64,000 nt of DNA from the human T2T-CHM13v2.0 reference genome, Homo sapiens. The notes below the pieces were generated by a model that was not told the origin of the DNA, searched no databases, and saw only the letters and a list, made by a program, of their open reading frames with translations. Position numbers and translations under genes: made by a program. Location: the NCBI RefSeq assembly GCF_009914755.1, contig NC_060940.1; one strand, given 5' to 3'. Numbering within the stretch: the first letter of the stretch is position 1; the number at the start of each line of letters is the position of its first letter. Of the stretch, positions 46,690-57,430 are shown in pieces.

Positions 46690-47334
46690 TCAGTTATGTC
46701 ACTGACCCTACCTATGCCAGAAGTCAAGGCCTAGAATGTTTGTGGAGTCTGATAAGAGCAGTACACAGGGTTTGTTTGGTTTGGTTTGTTTTGTTTTAAA
46801 GCAGCTGTGGGAAAAAGAAAAAAAGGAAAGTGATGGTCCTTCCCCCTCCAGAGGGACAACGACCTCTCTGTCGAGGGCAAGGGACTCGTGCTGGAATGGT
46901 CACACGCTTGTTAGGAAGGAATGGAAGCCTGGGCAAGGGACTGGAGTCTGCAGACCTCCTCATGCTGCAAAGTGACCTCCTGGTATGCAGGGGACCTGGG
47001 CACTCGCCCTTAGGGCCACTGTCACTGCTGGGTCACAGGAAACCGGCAGGGCCCTTGGGGGCAGGGACACGCAGGTGGGGCTCCAGTTTTCTGCAGAATG
47101 AGGGAGGCATGTGCAAGAACCCAGCCGTGGGGACTGACAGCCCTTCCAGGCAGAATTCTAGCACATGCTTATGGGTTAGGATCCTGTATGGAGAAGCTGT
47201 CACCCAGAGGGTCTACCCTGGATTCCCCAGGAGGGCCAGGCCACATGCCTGTCATTCTTGCTGTGCCTATGGACTGGTCCCAAGGAGGGTGTAGGCAGAG
47301 AGGCCCCTGGTGGAGTTTCTCATCCTAGCCTAGA

Positions 47335-47531
47335 GTAGCGGCTCTCAAACCCAAGCAAGCATCAGGACCACCCAGAAGGCGCGTGAAAGCGCAGATGGCC
47401 GGGCCCACACCCAGAACTTCTGATCTACTGGGTCTCGGGTGAGCCTGAGAATCTGCATTTCTGATGCGTTTCCAGGTGCTGCTGGTGCTCCTGCTGCTGC
47501 TGCTCCAGGGACCCACACTTGGAGAATGACT
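47335..47531. mobile_element. MER5-like hAT-Charlie relic
   Basis: gggcccacacccagaacttctgat...cctgagaatctgcatttct...ccaggtgctgctg...cccacacttggagaa, recalled MER5 text. Confidence 0.7.
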
Positions 47532-47974
47532 GCCCTGGAGGGCAGTTGTTGGGAAATGCAGGCTGCATGGCAGGAAAGTGACTGGCTGCAGAGAGCTGGA
47601 TGATTAACACCCACAGGGAAAGGCCCAGGATTTGGTGGACAGAGGTGGGGGGAACCCACCGTTTACGGAGGAGCTAGGACGTGTCAGGCAGCAAGCCACC
47701 TTGGGGAACAGGTATTACTATTCCTGTTATATAGATGAGGAGATTGAGGCTCAGAGAAGAGAAGCAACTTGCCCAAGAACACCCAGCTAGGAAGTTCCAG
47801 AGCTTAGACGCAACCCAGAGTTCCTGAGTGCATGGACAGGACCCTTTCCACCTAGCCGTCTTCCAGGAACAGAGCTGTTCCCACTGGAGACAGCATCTCT
47901 AATGGTGAACCACAGGGCTCTGTCTTCACCTTTGGCCAATTCAAAATTATTATCAAACACGTAAACATATTGAC

Positions 47975-48631
<657 letters not shown>

Positions 48632-49199
48632 CTATCAGCAAAGTCTGAAAGCAACGGGATTCATTCCTTCCTTCAATTAATGTTTATGGAGCTACCGTTA
48701 TGCCCTGGGCCCTGTGCTAGGCATCTGTGATACACCCAGTGAACTCAGCAAAACACAGAAGGTCCTTGTCCCACCGAATTGCCTTTCCTTAGGATTATTG
48801 TTCATTACACAAATATAATGGAAATTAGAATTTTAAAAACTCACATAAAATTCCTTGGCCCTAGCAATCAGTCTGGCTTCTTTCTTTCTCCCTGATCCCT
48901 TTCCAGCTCCTGCCCAGCGGCCTACACATCGGACGCAGCATCAGCCCGGTCTCATCATCTGCTTGTCTTATTGCCGCTCTGCCGCCTGGTTCTCTAACTC
49001 CTTTTCTTAAGGCTGCATGATATTCCTCTCTGGGCATTTGCCTGTGTTTGCTGAATGGTTCTCATAGTTGGACACGGAAGTTGCTCCCAGTTTTTTCACT
49101 ATTAATATTAGTATTAGTATTAATGCTGCAGTTGATGCCTCCTTGTCTATTGTAACCATTTCTCGATTGGGTGTTTTTCCCCTGGAACTTTTTCCTTTA

Positions 49200-49544
<345 letters not shown>

Positions 49545-51866
49545 TCAGAGGCCCTTTGGGCTTCCCGTGAGCCACCCCCACCCCAACCAGGGTCATCAGC
49601 AGGCCCCTGCCATCCTGCTGGCCTGGCTCCTCTGAAGATGAACTTTTCCTTTAGAACCTGTGGCTGTTCCTTCAACGGGGCAATGAATGTATTTTACAAA
49701 ACAGATGGGCTGCCAGGTGGAGTGGGGGTGTGATGTATGTGGCACCTCCACAGGCCAGGCAATTTCTGGGTTGCATCTCGGCTCATCCTCCAACAGCCGC
49801 AGGGATAGAGGCTCTCAGCCCAGGCCATCGCCGGGGACAAAACTCCCCATGTCCAGCCACACCCCAGCCCAGGGATGTCAGACCCCTCTGGGCCGGGGCC
49901 TGGGTGTCAGTGTATTTTAAAATCTCCCCAGCGGATCACAATGTGCAGCGGAGACAGAGGCTCCGCCAGCAGACAAGTGCCGCTATCCCCGTCTCACACA
50001 CAGAAATGGAAGCGCTGAGAGGTTCAGCCACAGGCCCGGAGTCACACAGCCGAAAATGACGGAGCCCAGTCCCAGCTTGTCTGACGCCAAAGTGGAGGGC
50101 TTTTACACAGCTGGGCCGGACCTCCTGACCACTCGAACTCTGCGGCAGGCACATTCCCTCTCCCGCCGAGATTCTCCCTTGGGTTTTAGAAAAAAGAGGG
50201 AGGAATCAGGGAACACAGGATGTGGCTGCCTGAAGACACGGGAGCCTCCGCAGCCTCACCCCTGTGCGGCCACCCTTTCCCACCCTCCTCCTATGGCTCC
50301 TCACCTTCCTCCCCGTTCCCTGGGCCCTGGCTCCCCAGCTGTGACACCATCTTCTCCAGGGGGCAATAGTGACCCTGCACCCCCACCCCCTGGAGCTGGG
50401 TGATGCTCTCTCCCCTGAGCAGGGCGCTGACAGCTCACACCCGTGCCCTCAGTGGCTTTGCCTCCAGACAGACTGAAGTCTGAATCCCTTTACCCCACTT
50501 CATTTCCTATGGCCTTGGGAAGGCTCCTCCGGCTTTCTTCGTCTGTAAACTAAAATCGGTATTGTAAATATCTGCTCACCTCTGTGTTCTGGGAGAATCG
50601 ATGAAACAGTGTGGGTGAACAGGCTCTGTAAACCTTGTGGCACCAAACAAATATTAGTTGTTTCATGAGCTGGAATGGCCTGACCTCTTCATGCCACAGC
50701 TCCGGGCAGGACGGACTGACAGCCCCAGCTCTGCCATTGACCATGACTTGGGCCACACCTTACACTCAGGGCGTCCGTTTCCTCACCTGTAGTGTGGGGA
50801 AGATAATAGCACCGTGCCCTCCTCGCTGGACTGGTGTGCAGGTCTAAAGCACGGGCCCAAGAAATCCACCTACAGTGTGGGTGGCCGTGGACATGGGCGG
50901 GCCCTTCAGGACCTGCGGGCTGGGGCGTGGTGAACACGGCCGTGTTTCTGGACCTGTGCCTTTGCACCTGAGGCAAGAAGGAGGCTTCCTTCCTTGCTTT
51001 GCTGTATGTCTTTGCCTGGAGGTGCCCAACTCTGCAGCTGGGTTCGAGCCTCAGCTCTGTCACTCACACTGTGTGGCCTCAGGCTTGAGATCCGCCTCTC
51101 TGAGCGTCAGCTGTGCCTAAAGAGCCCTCTGTTCACAGTGCCCAATGCCTGCAGGTGCCCAGCAATGGCAGAGCTGTGGGAGCCACTGGCTGAGGAAGAG
51201 GGAGGCAAGAGACAGAGGCGGGAAGGGATGAGGAGGAGTCAAGAGAGGCCCCTTCGAATAGCTCTGGGATTTCTTAGGCAGAGAGTGATGGTGGTTTTCC
51301 AACAGGGGCCCAGGGATCCATTTTGATACCAAGAACACCAGGGATGCAACCTGAGGCCACCCCTACCCGCTTTTCCCTGGCTTCTCAGCTCCCAGACAGC
51401 CTGCAGGGGGGCCGAGGGAGGCCGAGGGAGGCCTGGGGAGGGGGCCTGCCATCCAGCACCAGGGGCTGCTGTGTGGGAGCTCCTCCCCAGTGCCAGGCCC
51501 CTTCCTTCAGCCTGCATGGATCAGCTGCCACCACCCCAACACTCCACGTTGGCAGGAGCAGTACACAGATGGGGAAACCGAGGCTCAGAAGGAAAGCACC
51601 TCTACTGACCGCACTGCCTGCCTGGGCGCTTGCAGCACTGCAGGGTGACCAACTGTCTTGGCTTACCCAGGCCTGGGGGTTCCTGGGACAGAGTGAGGCT
51701 TTCAGTGAGAAACCCTGGAATGTCCCAGCTCCTGTTAGCAACAGTGCCGAAGTCCACACCAGCAGTGTCCAACAAAGACCCGACGAGAGCCACGTGTGTG
51801 TCCTCCAATGTCCCAGTAGCAAAGTTAAAATGAAAAGAGATGGGTGAAATTAATTTTAATAATATA

Positions 51867-52164
51867 TTCTTTTTTTTTTTTTAAGATGGAGTCTCGCTCT
51901 GTCGCCCAGGCTGAAGTGCAGTGACTCAGTCTTAGCTCACTGCAACCTCCGCTTCCCGGGTTCAAGCAATTCTCCTCCCTCAGACTCCTGAGTAGCTGGG
52001 ATTACAGGTGACCGCCACCATGCCCTGCCAATTTTTATATTTTTAGTAGAGACGGAGTTTCACCATATTGGCCAGGCCGGTCTCAAACTCCTGACCTCAG
52101 GTGATCTGCCCGCCTCAGCCTTCCACGGTGCTGGGATTACAGGCGTGAGCTACCATACCCGGCC
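51867..52164 (-). mobile_element. Alu (AluS-like)
   Basis: TSD TAATTTTAATAATAT. Confidence 0.95.
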
Positions 52165-52317
52165 TAATTTTAATAATATGTTCTATCTATCCCAGTATGT
52201 CAGATATTTTCCTTATTTTCATTGCAACATGTAATCCATATTAAAATTATGAATGAGATATTTTACCTTTTTGGTACTAATTCTTTGAATTCTGGCATGT
52301 ATTTTACATTTACAACT

Positions 52318-52495
52318 GCAGTTGACAAAATACAGGCTGCCAGGGAAATTTGAATTTCAGATAAACAAGAAATAAACTTTTAGTGTAAGTATGTCCTGTG
52401 CAATATTGAAGATACACTAAAAGTTTGTTTCTTATTTATCTGAAATTCAAATTTCCCTGGAACCTCTGTTGTCTTTTGCTGCCTCTAGAAACCCT
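52318..52495. mobile_element. MER53-like palindromic MITE nested in a MER3/MER33-like relic
   Basis: 48-bp inverted arms 52340-52387 / 52413-52460 (46/48 match). AAATTTGAATTTCAGATAAAC and TAAGTATGTCC match my recall of MER53. Confidence 0.8.
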
Positions 52496-53124
52496 CTTGT
52501 GAGCACGCCTGAATTTGGAGGATCACGTCACAAGCTCTCAATAGCCACTTGAACTCATGGCCTTAAAGAGCACAAGGCAGGTCCAGGGGAACCAGGGCAC
52601 CCACTGGCACCCAAGACAGCCAGCCCCCTCAAGTCAGCCTGCAAAGACCCATTTGGCTCCTCCCCTCTCTGCAGCCCCTCTAACCATCGCCCTTTTGCCT
52701 GCCCTTAACAGTATCGGCCTTTGTCTTAGTCAAGCTTTCAAGGAGCAACTCAGCAATTCTGTTACCGATAATCACCTAACAGGTAAACAAGATGGCAGGG
52801 AGGAAAGTCCACGTCTCGCCCCACAGTTCCCCATATCAGCAAATCTTCAAATTCTAGAACAAGGTCAGGGTCAGCAGGGGCAGGGCAGGTTTGGAGGAAG
52901 GCCAGGCCAAGCCCAGGAGAAGAGACAGGGTCCAGGGAAGCCCACCTCCTTCCTGGGTCTCCCCTCCAGACCCCCAAGACCCCCAGCCTCAGGCCTTCTC
53001 AAGCCCCAGCCTTAAGGAGTTGAGCACTCCAGGGTGGGGGGTCTCTGATCCTGGGTGCCTGTCTCTCTCTGCCTCAGTTTACACATTCAAAACCACTGGG
53101 AAGCCACAGACCAGGCACCGTGGG

Positions 53125-53181
53125 ATGGGGAAGTGGAGACCGAGAGGCTGCTGCCGGGGAAATATGCAGTGCAGACAAGAG
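53125..53181 (+). CDS. OSGIN1: OSGIN1 long-isoform first coding segment (MGKWRPRGCCRGNMQCRQE)
   Basis: gggATGg start; donor GAG|gtacgt, phase 0. Matches my recall of the N-terminus of the 560-aa OSGIN1 isoform and splices in frame to 54623. Confidence 0.8.
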
Positions 53182-53934
53182 GTACGTCGGCGGCAGCTGC
53201 ATCCCTCCCTGCCCTCATGTTCAAAAGCCCTGTCTAGGTCCTGGTGTGTTGGAGCTGCACATTCAGAGCGTCAGAGTGTTGGTCACAAGGCCACAGCTGG
53301 AACAGAAGCCCAGAGAGGGAGGCTTCCCCCCCCAGGTCACACAGCACACCTGAGGTGGGGCTAGACACTGGCCAGGAGCTGAGGCTCAGAGCAAGGGGCT
53401 TCCTGCTGCCCCTCCACCATGTGGGGCACTGCTCCTGAGGGCCCCGGGAGGAAAGGAATACGAGGGCCCATTTCCCCTGGGTAAAACTGAGACTGAGGGG
53501 CCATGCCTCGTCAAAGCCTACCCAGCCTGCCAGGGCTGAACCCACAGACAGCTCCCACCTACCCAGCCTCATGCAGGGTGCAGCCCCAGGCTGGACGCAT
53601 CACGTGATTTTGGGGGCCTAGTACTAAATGGAAATTCAGGATATTCATGTCAAAATTAACAATTTTAAGGCAGTGGCAGCAGAGCATTAAACCAAACTCC
53701 GGGCTCTTCTGATCACAGGGCCCTGAGCACAGGTCACCCAGGGAAGCAGAGGAGGGGAAGGAGAGACGCAGCTCAGTCCCAGCTCCCTCCCCAGCCCTCC
53801 AGGCTCTCTGTGCACATGGCCCCAACTGTGCCTAACCTCTTCCCTAAGCCTTTTTCACCCCAGCTTCTCATTGTGCTCCCTAAACCCTTACCCCCAGCTA
53901 TCAGGCCCTCCCTTACTGCCAGCACTGGCAGATA

Positions 53935-54586
53935 CGTACACACAGACATGCGCATACATACCGGCACACACGTACACACACATGCACACGTGAGCACATG
54001 TGCACACATGCACATACACACTGGCACACACGTACACACACATGCACACATGAGCACATGTGCGCACATGCACATACATACCGGCACACGTACACACACG
54101 CACACATGAGCACATGTGCACACATGCACACACATGCACACATGAGCACATGTGCACACATGCACATACATACTAGCACACACGTACACACACATGCACA
54201 CGTGAGCACATGTGCACACATGCACATACATACTGGCACACGTACACACACATGCACACATGAGCACATGTGCACACATGCACATACATACTGGCACACG
54301 TACACACATGCACACGTGAGCACATGTGCACACATGCACATACATACTGGCACACACGTACACACACATGCACACGTGAGCACATGTGCACACATGCACA
54401 TACATACTGGCACACGTACACACACACGCACACGTGAGCACATGTGCACACATGCACATACATACTGGCACACACGTACACACACATGCACACGTGAGCA
54501 CATGTGCACACATGCACATACATACTGGCACACGTACACACACATGCACACATGAGCACATGTGCACACATACACATGCACACACA
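53935..54586. repeat. CA-rich minisatellite (VNTR-C): ~10-11 copies of a 56-60 bp unit GAGCACATGTGCACACATGCACATACATACTGGCACACACGTACACACACATGCACACGT
   Basis: The CYGGCACAC marker recurs at ~53961, 54021, 54081, 54173, 54233, 54291, 54347, 54407, 54465, 54525. Confidence 0.95.
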
Positions 54587-54622
54587 TCCTCATTCCCTCT
54601 CTCTCTCTCTCGCCCTCTGTAG

Positions 54623-54782
54623 GTTCCTGCTACTCTCACCTCATCAGAGTTGTTTTCTACCAGGAACCAGCCCCAGCCCCAGCCCCAGCCCCTGCTGGCA
54701 GATGCTCCGGTACCCTGGGCTGTGGCTTCCAGGCTGTGCGTGACTCCAGGGCAGGGCTGTGGCCACCAGGGCCAGGACGAGG
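54623..54782 (+). CDS. OSGIN1: OSGIN1 long-isoform exon (160 nt; VPATLTSSELFSTRNQPQPQPQPLLADAPVPWAVASRLCVTPGQGCGHQGQDE)
   Basis: (CT)n tract + ctctgtag| acceptor; donor GAGG|gtgagg, phase 1. Joins 61700 as G|GT CCG CTG, giving 83 aa before Met84. Confidence 0.8.
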
Positions 54783-55232
54783 GTGAGGAGGGGGAGGCAT
54801 CACCTCAGGCACAAAATTTTAGGGGCAGCAAAGCACTCCCATCACCAGAATACATACTGTGTCCATGCAGTGTTCTTACACATCAAAATTCATGAAAAAA
54901 AATCCAGAATGGAAAAAATATCAAACTTTTATTATAAACACAGACGGCATCGGAAGTCCTGGTTCTCCTCTTCCCATCAGCCCCAAGGCACTGCTCTGGA
55001 ACCTGTCTGGGTTTATCCTGGCTTTTTTGCATTCATTTAGATTTTTTTTAATTGCCTCAAAATATTATTTTGTTTACTGGTTTTGGTTCCCTCTTAAAGT
55101 TTGCACTCAAAGGTGCACCCCCATCCCCCGCCCCTCGAGGGTGGCAGACAGGAGGACGAGGGCGGGCGACAACAACATCAACACTGAAAACAACAGCGAA
55201 TGGACACTGAGGTCATGTGTGCACCGCGGCAG

Positions 55233-56164
55233 CTCCCTCCCTCCCTCCCTGCCTTCCACCCTCCTTCCCTCCCTCCCTCCTTCCCTTCCTGCCTTCCTCC
55301 CTCCTTCCATCCCTCCTTCCCTCCCTCCCTGCCTTCCTCCCTCTTTCCCTTCCTCCCTCTTTCCCTCCCTCTTCCCTTCCTCCTTCCCTCCCTCCCTCCT
55401 TCCCTCCCTCCCTGCCTCCCTCCCCCTCCCTCCTTCCCTCCCTGCCTTCCTCCCCCTTTCCCTCCCTCCCTCCTTCCCTCCTTCCTCCCTTCCTCCTTCC
55501 CTCCCTCCTCCCTTCCTCCTTCCCTCCCTCCTCCCTTCCTCCTTCCCTCCCTCCTCCTTTCCTCCTCCCCTCCGTCCCTTCCTCCTTCCCTCCCTCCCTC
55601 CTTCCCTCCCTGCCTTCCACCCTCCTTCCCTCCCTCCTCCCTTCCTCCCTCCTTCCCTCCGTCCTCCCTTCCTCCCTCCCTCCCTACTTCCCTCCCTCCC
55701 TGCCTTCCTCCCTCCTTCCTTCCCTCCCTCCCTGCCTCCCTCCTTCCCTCCCTCCCTGCCTCCCTCCTTCCCTCCCTCCCTGCCTCCCTCCTTCCCTCCC
55801 TCCCTGCCTCCCTCCTTTCCTCCCTCCCTCCTTCCCTCCCTCCCTGCCTCCCTCCTTCCCTCCCTACCTCCTTCCTTCCCTCCCTCCTTCCCTCCCTGCT
55901 TTCCTCCCTCCTTCCCTCCCTCCTTCCCTCCCTACCTCCTTCCTTCCCTCCCTCCTTCTCTCCCTGCTTTCCTCCCTCCTTCCCTCCCTACTTCCCTCCC
56001 TCCCTGCCTTCCTCCCTCCTTCCCCCCCTGCTTCCCTCCCTACCTCCTTCCTTCCCTCCCTCCTTCCCTCCCTGCTTTCCTCCCTCCTTCCCTCCCTACT
56101 TCCCTCCCTCCCTGCCTTCCTCCCTCCTTCCCCCCCTGCTTCCCTCCCTCCCTGCCTCCCTTCT
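55233..56164. repeat. ~930-bp homopyrimidine (CCCT/CCTT)n low-complexity tract
   Basis: Almost purely C/T on the + strand, interrupted only by single G or A bases. Confidence 0.97.
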
Positions 56165-56301
56165 GTTTAACCGATGTTGAGTGCCTATGTGTCCTAAGCG
56201 CTGTTCTAGACACTGTGTAGAGCAGTCACGAATATACTTCCCTGCCCACACAGAGCTCACATTCTGGTTTGGGAAGAGAGACAATAAAATAATTCAGAAA
56301 T

Positions 56302-56597
<296 letters not shown>

Positions 56598-57079
56598 TTA
56601 AGAAACAGCAAGGTGTGGGGTGTGCAGTGCTACCCACATAAAACAGGAGAGAAGAGCCTGGGAGCAGGCTTCAAGTTCTAAGCATGGCAGACAAGAAGGA
56701 TGTCATGTAAACCCTCACGGCCACTCTGGTAGAGACAATCTGTGACTTGGCCCCAGTTTTCAGATGAGGAAACTGAGGTGCGGGCCCTAAGGCAGCTTGC
56801 CAGAGCCCTGCAGCTGGGAAATGGCAAAGCTGGATTCGCAGCCCAGGCAGGCTGGTGCCAGAGGGCTTTTGGGGATTGGAGGGTGCAGTGAAATCCAGGT
56901 GGAATGCGGGAACTGGACGGGGTTTCGCCACTTAAAGGTACTGTTATTTTAACTGTGTGCGGGACAAAGCCATCTCCTCTTCGCTTATGGCAAAGGCCAG
57001 GCTGGCTCATTCAGAGGTCACTGGTTCCTCCTCCAGAGACTGAGCCCCAGGGATGGGGGTCTGGCTAGGGGGAGGTGGC

Positions 57080-57300
57080 TGGGAGGGAGCGCCACCCTAG
57101 GCCCCCTGGCAGGCCGCCCAGCAGGGGCCCTTTAAGGCTGGCCATGAGGCAGGCAGCGTGACACCCGCCCAGTGTGCAAGTTCATTCATCACGGGCCCCT
57201 GCTGACTCACGCTTATGAAAGTGATTTTCCTGGCCCCGCCCACTGCCTGCGCCGCCTCCTCCCTCCCCGTGAAATACCCTCACTTCCCTCTGGCCTCTCA
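57080..57300 (+). promoter_or_regulatory. OSGIN1: OSGIN1 proximal promoter with NRF2/sMAF antioxidant response element (GTGAGTCAGCA on - strand, 57200-57210) and GC box (57234-57241)
   Basis: TGCTGACTCAC is a full ARE/AP-1 consensus. OSGIN1 is an established NRF2 target. Local CpG enrichment. Confidence 0.75.
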
Positions 57301-57430
57301 GAGCCTCTTGGATCCCCACAGGGTAATGGGTGTCCCGATCTCGCGGGGGACTCTGTGATCCGTGTTCCCCTGACCCTCCTAGTGCACAACTTGGCCGGGC
57401 TCACTGGGCTCCTGCACCACTGCCTGTCAG
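57300..57430 (+). other. OSGIN1: OSGIN1 alternative first (5' UTR) exon of the short, Met84-initiated isoform; 5' boundary approximate
   Basis: Consensus donor CAG|gtgagt at 57430/57431, directly downstream of a GC-box/ARE promoter. The start position is inferred. Confidence 0.7.

Noticed and set aside
53773-56220. His/Cys-rich and Pro/Ser/Leu-rich ORFs (288, 453, 326, 317 aa)
   Set aside because: Translations of VNTR-C and the (CCCT)n tract.
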